Shown here piece after piece: positions 1-9,610 of a stretch of DNA of 64,000 nucleotides (the first letter of the stretch is position 1; each line of letters starts with the position of its first letter). Source of the DNA: Salinimicrobium sp. GTDB lineage: Archaea; Thermoplasmatota; Poseidoniia; Poseidoniales; Poseidoniaceae. The DNA lies in contig CAXRAI010000064.1 of NCBI GenBank assembly GCA_964228865.1, positions 5,863 through 69,862 of the forward strand, written 5' to 3'. The translations under genes were made by a program, and so were the position numbers. The notes beneath the pieces were generated by a model. It made no database searches and was not told where the DNA came from. It saw only the letters and a list, made by a program, of their open reading frames with translations.

Positions 1-628
1 AAACGGAGAAGTACAACGGGTGTTCTCCTTTCCATTCGAACGCGACGACACATGGGCCTTCACGCTGTTCGGCCAAGATTGGACCGCGACCACCACCTTG
101 GTAGATCGGGGCGAGGCCACCGTGGTCGCCACCTCAGGCGATGGGCATGACCTCCGCTACACCATGGACGGCGGCGTTGGCTTCCTTCGCGACTTGACCT
201 GGACCGACCCTGCCGGTGTGGACCGCCTGAGGATGGTGCTTGCGGGCTCGGGTGAAGGCCACGAGGGCCAAGTCCACTTCTTGCGCGCCACGGACCTCTT
301 CTCGGACATCTACACCGACAGCGACGCCGAGTTCCGTGACAGTTTCCTCGACGAGGGCCATCCTTCCGGAGCAGGTTTTGACCGCCTGATTTGGTACCTC
401 GACGTTGACATTGCCGCCGGTGGAAGCGGTTCGTTGGTCCTCCGCGATCACACCAGCGCATCCCCCTTGAGTCGGGCCTGGGGCGCGGGTTCCGCGGAGC
501 GCGGAGCCGTTGGTTCCATCCCGTCCGTTTCCGGAGAGTACCAATTGACCGCGACCGTCCAAGGCGGCGGGTCACATGTCGAGGTTCGCCTCGCGGGGGC
601 CATTTCGCAGAGCTGGACGCTCGGGTGA
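1..628 (+). CDS. Hypothetical protein, 5'-truncated by the window edge
   Basis: Frame is open from base 2 to TGA at 626-628; coding-like composition; no motif recognised. Confidence 0.6.
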   Translation, partial: NGEVQRVFSFPFERDDTWAFTLFGQDWTATTTLVDRGEATVVATSGDGHDLRYTMDGGVGFLRDLTWTDPAGVDRLRMVLAGSGEGHEGQVHFLRATDLFSDIYTDSDAEFRDSFLDEGHPSGAGFDRLIWYLDVDIAAGGSGSLVLRDHTSASPLSRAWGAGSAERGAVGSIPSVSGEYQLTATVQGGGSHVEVRLAGAISQSWTLG

Positions 629-632
629 ACGC

Positions 633-1265
633 ATGCCGACCCTGCTGATGATGCACGGCATGACGGGAACGTCAGCGATGATGCGCCCTTTTGCTGAAGC
701 CATCCTTCCCGAGGGGTGGACCCTGCTGGTGCCTGAGGGACGTTTCCGCCACCCCCGGCGTGGTTTTGCTTGGTGGCGCTACGAAGATTGGGGCGCTTCG
801 CCCACACGCCGTGCCAACCTGAGTCGCACGGAATTGTTTGACGTCGATGCTTCACTGGCCCAGTTGGAACAGGAAGTTGCGCGCCATGCGCCAGCAGGTC
901 CGCTGGTCGTCGGTGGATTCAGCATGGGTGGCGCCATGGCGCAGGAGATGTTGCATCTTCCTCTGGCGGACCGCATCATTGGCGTCATCGCTCTGGGCAC
1001 ACGGCTCATTCGCCCAATGGAACTCCGTCTTCGGTTGGAGGAACTTGAACAAAAGCACCTCTTTTGGATGCATGGAGAGCGTGACGTCCGTGTTCCAATC
1101 GAGGACGGATGGGCCATTGCTCACCTCTTCGAGGACGCCGGTTGGGCCACGGAATTGATCGAGCACCCGAAGGGTCACATGATCCCTACCGAACATCACG
1201 CCGCGGTGAAAGAGTGGCTTGAGGCCTTGGCTGAAGGTTGGGATGCGACCACTCATGCAAGGTAG
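633..1265 (+). CDS. Alpha/beta hydrolase, phospholipase/carboxylesterase family
   Basis: HGMTG oxyanion region, GFSMG nucleophile elbow, HGERD Asp and GH His; ATG at 633 follows the upstream stop. Confidence 0.85.
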   Translation: MPTLLMMHGMTGTSAMMRPFAEAILPEGWTLLVPEGRFRHPRRGFAWWRYEDWGASPTRRANLSRTELFDVDASLAQLEQEVARHAPAGPLVVGGFSMGGAMAQEMLHLPLADRIIGVIALGTRLIRPMELRLRLEELEQKHLFWMHGERDVRVPIEDGWAIAHLFEDAGWATELIEHPKGHMIPTEHHAAVKEWLEALAEGWDATTHAR

Positions 1266-1525
1266 CGGCTTGTCTCGTCGAATCCACCGATGAACATCGG
1301 TTGATCACCTCGAAGGTCCAAAATAACGGGGACCGTCCTGTGACCGGTTTCCCTGACCACCTGCGCTTGCATGCCGCGTTCGCGGTCGAAGTTGATCTCC
1401 CTGTAGGTCAGCCCTTTGCTCGCAAACAAACGCTTGGCCGCCACGCAGTACGGACAGAAGGTGCTGGTGTACATCAGGAAATCCTCGTCGGTCTCGCTGG
1501 CGTGCTGGAGCACAAGGTCATCCAT
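1253..1525 (-). CDS. grxC: Glutaredoxin (Grx3-like)
   Basis: CPYC active site, TVP motif, IGGFD C-terminal motif; start placed at MDDL. Confidence 0.9.
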   Translation of the reverse strand: MDDLVLQHASETDEDFLMYTSTFCPYCVAAKRLFASKGLTYREINFDRERGMQAQVVRETGHRTVPVILDLRGDQPMFIGGFDETSRYLA

Positions 1526-1602
1526 GCCCCTTGGCAGGGACGCTGTTTCTTGAACCCTGAGATGGGGCGACCTTTCAAGGACCGAAGACCCGAGCGTGCT
1601 GC

Positions 1603-2106
1603 ATGGCCTCCATCGCAATCATCGCCGCAACCAGCGATCGTAATCTGCTTCTTGCCCAACGTTTTGCTGACGTCTTCAAGGCCGGTGGCCACAGCGCTGA
1701 CGTGATTGAGCTGGCCGGTCTTGATCTGCCCATCTTCACGACGGCTCATTCCAAGGAGCATGGTGCGCCTGAGGATCTGGACGGGTTGTGGTCCCGAATG
1801 GAAGCGGCCGACGGTTGGTTGGTGTGCGCTCCAGAGTACAACGGTTCCACGCCACCAACCCTGGTCAACGCCATCACTTGGCTTTCCACCCGGTGGCAAG
1901 ACTTCCGGGCCTTGTTCAATGGCCGCCCTGTGGCCTTGGCCACGTCATCTGGTGGTGGTGGAGAATACATCATCACCGCCATGCGCAACCAGTTTCTGTT
2001 CCTCGGATGCGACGTTGTCGGTCGTTCGACCATCGAGAAGAAAGGCGAAGATGCACGTCAGGAAAGCCTTGAGGACGTGGCGGCCCGTTTGACCAAGCTC
2101 TGCTGA
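1603..2106 (+). CDS. NADPH-dependent FMN reductase (flavodoxin-like fold)
   Basis: N-terminal IAATSDRN phosphate loop, PEYNGS motif, LVNAITWLS. Confidence 0.9.
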   Translation: MASIAIIAATSDRNLLLAQRFADVFKAGGHSADVIELAGLDLPIFTTAHSKEHGAPEDLDGLWSRMEAADGWLVCAPEYNGSTPPTLVNAITWLSTRWQDFRALFNGRPVALATSSGGGGEYIITAMRNQFLFLGCDVVGRSTIEKKGEDARQESLEDVAARLTKLC

Positions 2107-2107
2107 A

Positions 2108-2638
2108 TCAGCGTTCGAACAGCGCGGCGTGCTTGGCCCTCACTTTGCTGACCTTTGGGGCCACCACGAAACCACAGTACGGGTTTTGTGGGTTGTTGGC
2201 GAAGTAATCGTGGTGAACGGCTTCTGCTGTCCAAAACGGATGTGCGTTGAGGTCTTCCACTTCGGTCACGATCGCATCGTCGTACCAAGAAGCGACCTCT
2301 TGGAGCACCGTTTCGAGCGAAGTGCGCTCTTCTTCGCCGTCCACGAAGACGATGCTTCTGTACTGCGGGCCCACGTCGTTGCCCTGCCGGTTCATTTGGG
2401 TCGGGTCATGGGCCGTGAAGAACACGCGGAGCAAGGTTCCGTGGTCGATAACGTCAGGATTGTATTCGAATTCAACGACCTCGGCATGGCCGGTGCGCTT
2501 GGCGCAAACCTGCTCGTAGGTCGGTCGTTCAACGTGCCCCCCTGCGTAACCAGGCCGTGCCTTGAGGACACCTTTCAGGTCCTTCATCGCCGCTTCAATG
2601 CACCAGAAGCACCCTCCACCGACCACGAGTCTCGCCAT
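2108..2638 (-). CDS. msrA: Peptide methionine sulfoxide reductase A
   Basis: GGGCFWC, GYAGG, PTYEQVC, GHAEVV, HDPTQ-NRQGND-G-QYRS, AEAVHHDY and NPYC motifs. Confidence 0.96.
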   Translation of the reverse strand: MARLVVGGGCFWCIEAAMKDLKGVLKARPGYAGGHVERPTYEQVCAKRTGHAEVVEFEYNPDVIDHGTLLRVFFTAHDPTQMNRQGNDVGPQYRSIVFVDGEEERTSLETVLQEVASWYDDAIVTEVEDLNAHPFWTAEAVHHDYFANNPQNPYCGFVVAPKVSKVRAKHAALFER

Positions 2639-2709
2639 GGTACCACGTGCGGTTGCAGGTATATGGTGCGTGTGCAAGGCCTCATAGCCGTCGTTTCGCA
2701 CCTCGGCTC

Positions 2710-3549
2710 ATGCTCCGAACCGTACGCACCACCATCCCCACCCGAACCGTTCGGGAAGGCGGAGGTTTCCTCGTTCGCCGACCAGCAGCCATGGGCGCGA
2801 TGATGAGTCCCTTTCTGCTGCTCGACGAGATGGGGCCCGTCGATTACGGTCCAGGTGAAGCCGTGGGTGCACCGTCCCACCCTCACCGCGGATTTGAGAC
2901 GGTGACCTACCTTCTCGACGGATGCATGGTCCATGCGGACTCGGCCGGCAACAGTGGGACCCTTCGGCCCGGAGACGTGCAATGGATGACCGCTGGGCGT
3001 GGGGTCATTCACAGCGAGTTGCCCCATGAGGACATCCTCCGAGAGGGTGGGCGAAGCCACGGCTTCCAAATTTGGGTCAACCTTCCTGCTGAACACAAGA
3101 TGATGCCGCCACGCTACCAAGACGTCCCCTCTGCTTCGATTCCTGAGGTCACCTCCGAGGACGGATCGGTGTGGGCCAAGGTCATCGCTGGCACGTGCCT
3201 CGGAGCCGAAGCCATCATCGACACGGTGCTTCCAATCACCTACATCCACCTTCGGTTGAAGCCTGGCGCGCGGTTGGAGCAACCCATCGACCACGACCTC
3301 AACGCGATGTTGTACGTCTTTGGTGGCGACCTCCACGTTGAACAGCGTCGCGTTGAGGACGGTCAACTGGCGTTGTTGATGCCCGGCTCCTCGGTGAACC
3401 TCGTCGCGGGGGATGCCGGCGCAGAACTTCTGGTGCTGGCAGGGCCGAACCTCGACGAGCCCATTGCCCGATACGGTCCCTTCGTGATGAACACGGAAGA
3501 GGAGATCGTCCAAGCCATCCAAGACTACAACGCTGGACGGTTGGCTTGA
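2710..3549 (+). CDS. Pirin family protein
   Basis: PFLLLD, HPHRGFETVTY, HADSAG, VQWMTAGRGVIHSE, GFQIWVNLP and YGPFVMNT motifs. Confidence 0.95.
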   Translation: MLRTVRTTIPTRTVREGGGFLVRRPAAMGAMMSPFLLLDEMGPVDYGPGEAVGAPSHPHRGFETVTYLLDGCMVHADSAGNSGTLRPGDVQWMTAGRGVIHSELPHEDILREGGRSHGFQIWVNLPAEHKMMPPRYQDVPSASIPEVTSEDGSVWAKVIAGTCLGAEAIIDTVLPITYIHLRLKPGARLEQPIDHDLNAMLYVFGGDLHVEQRRVEDGQLALLMPGSSVNLVAGDAGAELLVLAGPNLDEPIARYGPFVMNTEEEIVQAIQDYNAGRLA

Positions 3550-3611
3550 CGCCTCGGTGGACACATTCCGTGCCTGAAACCCCGTCTGGGGGGGAAGAAT
3601 TCGGTGGAAGC

Positions 3612-3619
3612 GTTATACT
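3612..3619 (+). promoter_or_regulatory. Probable TATA box for the 3641 gene (leaderless transcript)
   Basis: GTTATACT lies about 22-29 nt upstream of ATG 3641, with no SD motif. Confidence 0.4.
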
Positions 3620-3640
3620 TGCATCTGCCAGTACTTCGCC

Positions 3641-6600
3641 ATGAACCAAACGGCTCAACACGAAGCACCCTCATCGCTTGAGGTGGTTCAGCAGAACACC
3701 CTCTCCCGCACGTCGGTCGGGTTGCAACCGGTCACCGTGACACGGAACGAGGCGCTGGAGCGTTTTTCTCAAGTCATCATGTACGGCGTGGCGCTCGTTT
3801 TCATCTGGGGCGGCATCCTTTCCTTGGCCTTCGCAGAAGGGGCCTCTGAACTGAATTTCCTCGCCCTCTTTGTGGGCGGTGCTGTGTCGTCAGGCATGGC
3901 GATGTTCATGATTGAAATCCGCGTACGCGGAGGCCAACAAGAGCTGGATCAACCTCAGGGTTACCTGCTTGGCCTGGCCTTCTTTTTCATGGCCATTGGG
4001 ATGTTGTGGGGCACACGGTTCTTGGCGGGTTGGCTCAGCGCAGACCCGATCAGCCTCAACGTCTTTGTCGAGGGCAATTCAAGCGGGGCTTGGTCCATCG
4101 ATGCCCAAAATTGGCGGGCCGGACCCAACACCATCCTGCTCCAGACGGTGGGAACGATTGCTCTGGTCATGGGACAACGTCGTCTCCTCTCCCGCTACAC
4201 GGGTTCCCTCGATCTCGGGTGGGCGGTGATGGTGTTCACGCCCATCGCTTTGCTGTGGGTGGGCATCGGCACCTGGACGCACTGGTCCGGCGAGGCCTTT
4301 GGCTGGCAACTTGGGCTGGCCATGGTGGTGTTGTGCGGTCTGTCCATGCACATGAGCGTGCAGTCTGACGTGTCCTACACCTTCGTCATCTCAGCCATCA
4401 CGACCAGCCTGCTTCCTCTGGTCTACCAACTGAACATCGACGAAGTGGTCGTCGATGGAAGCGAACAACTCGCCGCGTTCAGCATGCTGATTCCGCTCAT
4501 TTTCCTCCAAGGTTGGTTCGCCAAGGACGCCCGTCTTCGACGTGAGTTGGTGGAAAGCATCTCGTGGGCCATGGTTGGGATTGTGATCATCGTGATGCTC
4601 ATCCTCTTCCCGTGGGATGGCGCAGCGGGCCCCTCCCATCTCGTCTTCCTCGACATGACGGTATCGAGCGTGCTTGGACCTCAGGCTGCCGAGATTTTGA
4701 CGCCAGGGGTGCTGCTGTGGGGCGCCTTGCTCTTCGGCTACTTCCCTGCCGTGCATGCGCGGCGAACGCCCGCGATGCCCATTCTCCTTGCGGCCACCCT
4801 CTGGACCTTCTCAGGGGATGCCGCCGACCTTCCATGGCTGATCGCCATCAGCACGGCGGTGTACATGCTTGGCTACGCCGATGCGACCCGGCCATGGGTG
4901 GCGCAAGCCACGATGGCCGCGCTCGCCATGTCGGCGGTGGTTCGGGGGACCCTCGTGGACGCCGACGTGTTGGCTCCGGCCCGCGCAACCGATGAATTGC
5001 TGCCGGGCATCGTTCCTGCAGCCCTGCTGATGCTTGCTTTCCTCGGCAAGCAACGCGGCCTTTTGCCCGCACTCGCTCCCGTGGCCGTGATTGGACTCAT
5101 CGTGGTGACCCCGACCTTTGCAGATCTTCTCGGAGAAAGCGCCGTCCTGGGTTGGGTCGTGGCGCTCCTGCCCTTGGTGATGTGGCAAATCGACCTTCGG
5201 AAGTTGGCCTCAAAGGACATGACGGACCTTGCCGCTGTGTCCTACCAAGGCGCTTTGGCCATGTTGGTGCCGGCGGTTCTTGCCTCCACTGGCCGTTTGA
5301 CCCTCGGCGAGGGGACGGAAACAGAAGTTCTGCTGATCGTGGCGGTCGTGCTCTACGGCCTGTCGCTGGTCGAACGCTCCAATCAGGTTGGGCTTGGTGG
5401 CATGATCACCCACTTCGGGACGGGCGGCCGCCCGGTTGAGGATGACTCCAAGGCCATCGAAGCCGGAACTCCCCTCGACCAAGTCGGGTTGATGCTTTCC
5501 ATCGTGATGATGGCACAAGCAGCCGGTGGCTTGGAACACGACATGCTCAGGTTGCTCTTCCCCGTGCTTCCTTTCCTGTTGTTGCTTGGTGAAGCGCTTC
5601 GCATGGATCGCATCACGTCAAGCGACCGTGCGTACGGCCTGCTCGTGGTGCTTGTGCTGGTCATGTGGCCGCTCATCAATGGAGAGGCGCCTTCCCGCGC
5701 GGACATTGACGACCAACTCTTCCTCGAACTCTGGGTGTGGGAGATCAGCCTCCTCGCGGTTCCGTTGATCGTGTTGGCGCGGAAGCGCAAGGATTTCGTG
5801 TACGACAGCGTAGAACTCGATCGCCTGACGCTGGTGCTGCTGCTGATCCTGGCTTCGCTCGATTTGTACATCGGTTTGCGGATGCCGCTTCTGTTTGTGG
5901 TGGTCGGTTGGCTGGCGCACCGTCATGGGAGGGACGGCATTTTGGCCCTCTCTCCACTGATTTGGTTCCTGAATCCGTTCACGGCCAACGAATCCTTCCT
6001 CTTCACGAGAACGCAGGCTTTCATCGAGGACGTCGGACTCCCGTTCAACGAATTGCTGGGGCTCAACAGCGTGGTGGGCGTGCTGATCATCGCCACGATG
6101 CTGGAGCCCGTCCGCGCTTCCATCATGGCCCGGCGTGCGGGTGAGGAAAATGCAGGCGGGGGTTTGGCCACCGCATGGATGCTCTTTGGGATCGTCGTTT
6201 TGGTGCCTGACATCACCTGGGCTGGGGCCTCGGTCATCGGCATCCTCATCCTTCGTCAGTGGTGGTTTGGCCGTCCCGACGCTGTGGTGTGGTTGCACGT
6301 TGCGATGCTGATGTGGCTGCTGATTTTCCTGCCCGCCACCATGGACTCGGCGGGCGATGCCGTGCAACTGGCCTGCGCGACCGTTGGCCTGTTGGCGATG
6401 CTGTTCACCTTCGGCCAGGACGCGCTGATCTTCCGGTACACTCCGCCGTTGGACGACGAGGCTCCCTTGCCGAAAGGCGAGTTTGATTTCTCGAGCGAAA
6501 AGGGCCGTCGCAACATCACCCAGACCCTTGAGGTCGGCAGCATTGTGTTGCTGCTGTGCACGCCCACCTTCGCGCTTGGCCTCGGTCATCTCGTCGGCGC

Positions 6601-7561
6601 GGTGCTTGGTACCCGCCAGCTCCTGCGCCATCCCACCGATGTTCGTCTGGGCATCATTCCCGTGCTCCACGCCTTGGCTGCAACCGTGGTGGTGAACACC
6701 GTGACCGACGGAGGCGTCGACACGACGGTCTTGTCCGGTGCAGTGCTCGGTATGGAAGCCGCCGTCTTGCTGTTGATCGGCATGACCAGGAATGACCCCG
6801 TCACCGGTTGGCTGGATGCCTTCGCTCCGGGGGTGGAGCGTTCCCGCGACACCATGGGTGTCCTTGGCCTCGGTTACCTTGTTGCGTCCGTGCTGATGCT
6901 GTTCGCCGGTGCGGACACGTGGACGTTCAGGCTCCTCCTGATCGCCCTCATCTGCCTGAGCCTTGGCATCAACGGCTTTGGTGCAAACGGGGCTTCGTGG
7001 CAGCGCGCCATCGGCATCTATGGCGGCTTGATTGCGATGATCGGTCTTTCCCTCACCCTCGAAGGGGGCAACGCAGGGTTCTGGCGTGCTGTGCTTTTCC
7101 TCCTCATCGGCATGATCGCCTTTGGATTTGGGACGCTGTACCTGCAACGCCAAGGCGGCCCGTCTGGCGTCATGGAGGCCTCGACCACCACGATGCAAAT
7201 GGTGCAAGGTGGGTCGACCTTTGGCCAAACGGTTGAGGCTGCATCTCCATCCTTGCTCAACCGGATACCGAAGCCGGTTGTCGAACAATCGGACCTCGAC
7301 GAGATTGAGGTTGAGGACGAGGTGACGGATGAGGACGCCACCCCCGAACAGGAGACGGAAGCCACCCCCATGGAGCCGGTTCCGGCCCCTGTTGAGGCTT
7401 CGAAGCCCGCCGTTTTGGACGACATGATGGACCTCTTGATCGATGAGGCCATGCGCGAACGCTTGCATGCGGCCATCCGAACCACCCCCCACGCAGGCTT
7501 CCGGCCGACCCTGAAGATCACCGAACGGGGCGAGGTCATGCTCGAATTCCTGCCCATCTGA
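3641..7561 (+). CDS. Very large polytopic membrane protein of unknown function with acidic cytoplasmic tail
   Basis: 1,306 aa, nearly all hydrophobic segments; ends in an E/D/P-rich linker and a compact terminal domain (GFRPTLKITERGEVMLEFLPI). Confidence 0.8.
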   Translation: MNQTAQHEAPSSLEVVQQNTLSRTSVGLQPVTVTRNEALERFSQVIMYGVALVFIWGGILSLAFAEGASELNFLALFVGGAVSSGMAMFMIEIRVRGGQQELDQPQGYLLGLAFFFMAIGMLWGTRFLAGWLSADPISLNVFVEGNSSGAWSIDAQNWRAGPNTILLQTVGTIALVMGQRRLLSRYTGSLDLGWAVMVFTPIALLWVGIGTWTHWSGEAFGWQLGLAMVVLCGLSMHMSVQSDVSYTFVISAITTSLLPLVYQLNIDEVVVDGSEQLAAFSMLIPLIFLQGWFAKDARLRRELVESISWAMVGIVIIVMLILFPWDGAAGPSHLVFLDMTVSSVLGPQAAEILTPGVLLWGALLFGYFPAVHARRTPAMPILLAATLWTFSGDAADLPWLIAISTAVYMLGYADATRPWVAQATMAALAMSAVVRGTLVDADVLAPARATDELLPGIVPAALLMLAFLGKQRGLLPALAPVAVIGLIVVTPTFADLLGESAVLGWVVALLPLVMWQIDLRKLASKDMTDLAAVSYQGALAMLVPAVLASTGRLTLGEGTETEVLLIVAVVLYGLSLVERSNQVGLGGMITHFGTGGRPVEDDSKAIEAGTPLDQVGLMLSIVMMAQAAGGLEHDMLRLLFPVLPFLLLLGEALRMDRITSSDRAYGLLVVLVLVMWPLINGEAPSRADIDDQLFLELWVWEISLLAVPLIVLARKRKDFVYDSVELDRLTLVLLLILASLDLYIGLRMPLLFVVVGWLAHRHGRDGILALSPLIWFLNPFTANESFLFTRTQAFIEDVGLPFNELLGLNSVVGVLIIATMLEPVRASIMARRAGEENAGGGLATAWMLFGIVVLVPDITWAGASVIGILILRQWWFGRPDAVVWLHVAMLMWLLIFLPATMDSAGDAVQLACATVGLLAMLFTFGQDALIFRYTPPLDDEAPLPKGEFDFSSEKGRRNITQTLEVGSIVLLLCTPTFALGLGHLVGAVLGTRQLLRHPTDVRLGIIPVLHALAATVVVNTVTDGGVDTTVLSGAVLGMEAAVLLLIGMTRNDPVTGWLDAFAPGVERSRDTMGVLGLGYLVASVLMLFAGADTWTFRLLLIALICLSLGINGFGANGASWQRAIGIYGGLIAMIGLSLTLEGGNAGFWRAVLFLLIGMIAFGFGTLYLQRQGGPSGVMEASTTTMQMVQGGSTFGQTVEAASPSLLNRIPKPVVEQSDLDEIEVEDEVTDEDATPEQETEATPMEPVPAPVEASKPAVLDDMMDLLIDEAMRERLHAAIRTTPHAGFRPTLKITERGEVMLEFLPI

Positions 7562-7628
7562 GGTTGGGAGCGAAGCATTTGACCGTGCTTCGCACGGCGG
7601 AAAATGGGCCGCAGTTTGCGGTTAAGGA

Positions 7629-7703
7629 TGCTCGTGCCGGGATTCGAACCCGGGTCGTCGGAATGAAAATCCGAAATGATGGGCCGGGCTACACCACACG
7701 AGC
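7629..7703 (-). tRNA. trnE: tRNA-Glu (anticodon TTC)
   Basis: Reverse complement folds as a cloverleaf: GCTCGTG/CACGAGC acceptor, TCGGA-TTTTCAT-TCCGA anticodon arm, CCGGG-TTCGAAT-CCCGG T arm; CCA not encoded. Confidence 0.96.
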
Positions 7704-7756
7704 TTGTCCCGCGGACCTGAAACCCATTCATGAACGTTCGGCTGAGCAGGCCGTGC

Positions 7757-8365
7757 TCATTGTTCCTCAGAGGCGGCCTCTGGGGTCAGGGATTCCCACC
7801 ACCGCCATGCCATCCACGCTGCGCCAAACATGGCCACCATGGCCACGGCCAGCAGGATTTCACGTTCGAGGATCCAGCCAATGGCGTCCAAGGCGGCGTT
7901 CCCGTACTGGACGACGAGCACGATTTCGAGGCCGAAGCGCAAGCCCCGGCTCGCCAAGCCGGCCACAACGAACGGTCGCATCTCCATCTTTCCCATGCCC
8001 GCGGCCCACCCCATCACCTTGTATGGAATCGGCGTAAATCCAGCGACCAAGACGCCAACGGTGCCATGTCGCTCAAGCAGGACTTCCAACCGCTGCAGAT
8101 TCTTCTCTTGTCGAAACCGAACGAGGAGCGGTCGCCCGGCCCGAGCCCCAAACCAAGAGCCGACGATGGCTCCAGCCACGCTGGTCAAGGTCGCGACGAG
8201 CCAGATGCTCAACAAACGGGCCGGGCCATCGGCGCCGGCTGCCATCGGCAGGATCAGCAAATCAGGTGGAATGGGGTGGACGATGGCTTCCGTGAACGTC
8301 AACAGCGCCAAACCGAGGAGCCCCGCGGCGTCGGCCGCGTCAATGACCGCCTGCTCCCACGCCAC
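7757..8365 (-). CDS. YqaA/DedA (VTT domain) family membrane protein
   Basis: FTEAIVHPIPPDLL, SVAGAIVG, FTPIPYKV and SRGLRF are DedA-family motifs. Confidence 0.88.
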   Translation of the reverse strand: MAWEQAVIDAADAAGLLGLALLTFTEAIVHPIPPDLLILPMAAGADGPARLLSIWLVATLTSVAGAIVGSWFGARAGRPLLVRFRQEKNLQRLEVLLERHGTVGVLVAGFTPIPYKVMGWAAGMGKMEMRPFVVAGLASRGLRFGLEIVLVVQYGNAALDAIGWILEREILLAVAMVAMFGAAWMAWRWWESLTPEAASEEQ

Positions 8366-8440
8366 GCCAAGCGGTTGGCGCCCTCACCGTTAGGTCTTCG
8401 CAGGCGGGTGCTTCTTGGACGAGGGCTTCCAGCGTTGGCC

Positions 8441-8953
8441 ATGAGCGGCGGAGCAGAGGGCGCGGTGCTGGACACCACGGCCTTGCTGCATTGGCCGCTC
8501 GAACGGCTCGCAGGAGGCGTGTGCTGCCCGGGTCAACTCGATGAATTGGAACGCCTTTCTCCAGCCCGAAGGATGTTGGTGGAAGCCGCTCAGATCGAAT
8601 GGATGAACCCCGGTCCACGTGACCTCGAGGCGGCGAAATCCGCGGCCGCTGCGACCGGAGATCTGCCCCGTCTTTCGACGGTTGACCTTGAGGTGCTGGC
8701 CCTGTGCCTCGGGCTGCAACGCCCGTTGGTGACCGACGATTATCGGCTTCAGAACGTGGCCATGAAGGCCGGGATTGAAGCCCGCCCATTGGCGACCCGG
8801 GGCGCGAGGGAACAATGGTCATGGGTGTGGCGGTGCACAGGTTGCGGCAAAGAGCACGACGTCAGCACCACCGTTGAGCGGAAGCGGGACGGCCCTGGTC
8901 CTGATTGCGACATCTGTGGAAGCCCGACGGTGATGAAACGCGCTCGGCGTTGA
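8441..8953 (+). CDS. nob1: Nob1-like PIN-domain endonuclease with Zn ribbon
   Basis: VLDTTALL, LSTVDLEVLAL, LVTDDYRLQN and CTGC...CDICG; real start at MSGG (8441), not the ORF-track start 7730. Confidence 0.9.
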   Translation: MSGGAEGAVLDTTALLHWPLERLAGGVCCPGQLDELERLSPARRMLVEAAQIEWMNPGPRDLEAAKSAAAATGDLPRLSTVDLEVLALCLGLQRPLVTDDYRLQNVAMKAGIEARPLATRGAREQWSWVWRCTGCGKEHDVSTTVERKRDGPGPDCDICGSPTVMKRARR

Positions 8954-8955
8954 AT

Positions 8956-9261
8956 TCACTCTTCGGCTTGTTCCAAGGCCTCAACCTTGCGCTGAAGATC
9001 TTCAGGGCTCATCCCGCTTGGATCGAGGCCGAGGGCTTTCGCGCGTTCCACCAGCGCGACATCTGGGGTCATGCCCCCTGCTTCGAGGTCGGCGATGGTC
9101 TGCACCTCACGGGGCAACGATGTCGCCTCTTGCAACCCTTTCTGGAACTCACCCTTGCTTCGTCCAAGGGCGTTCGCCAACTCTGGGAGGCGCCGTGCTC
9201 CGAAGAGCACGAAGAACACGACGATGATGATCAGGACCTCGGGGCCGCCGATGGACGCCAT
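8956..9261 (-). CDS. tatA: Twin-arginine translocase subunit TatA/E
   Basis: IGGPEVLIIIVVFFVLFGARRLPELANALGRSKGEFQKG. Confidence 0.93.
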   Translation of the reverse strand: MASIGGPEVLIIIVVFFVLFGARRLPELANALGRSKGEFQKGLQEATSLPREVQTIADLEAGGMTPDVALVERAKALGLDPSGMSPEDLQRKVEALEQAEE

Positions 9262-9317
9262 GTTGCTCAGGCCTCGCTGGGTGCTCGTTCGCTTCAAGGC
9301 TTCGCGTTGAATGGGCT

Positions 9318-9560
9318 TCAACCGCCGGACACTGGAGGGAGAAGGGCCAGTTCAACGCCCTCCTGAAGCAAAGCATCGCCGTTCACCCGTTGGCCGCCAA
9401 TGGCCAAGGCCATGCCCATGGCGAGCCAGTCGTCCAATCCGAGGGCTTTCGCAAGGGCCTCCGCTGTGGTGCCTTGCTCAACCTCGCGGGTGTGGTGTCG
9501 TCCTCCGAGGCGCTCCGCGGCCGGTCCGAAGGCGAGGACATGAACCGTGATGGACCCCAT
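9318..9560 (-). CDS. MoaD/ThiS family ubiquitin-like protein (SAMP-like)
   Basis: 80 aa beta-grasp pattern (VHVLAFG...ALLPPVSGG) with C-terminal di-Gly. Confidence 0.88.
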   Translation of the reverse strand: MGSITVHVLAFGPAAERLGGRHHTREVEQGTTAEALAKALGLDDWLAMGMALAIGGQRVNGDALLQEGVELALLPPVSGG

Positions 9561-9610
9561 GGGGCGCGGTTGTGGCGCGGCTTGATAAACGCACTCGGGA
9601 CTTCTTGGGC

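Noticed and set aside
7730-8440. 407-aa ORF-track extension of Nob1
   Set aside because: It overlaps the DedA gene on the opposite strand and is low-complexity; PIN motifs begin only after ATG 8441.
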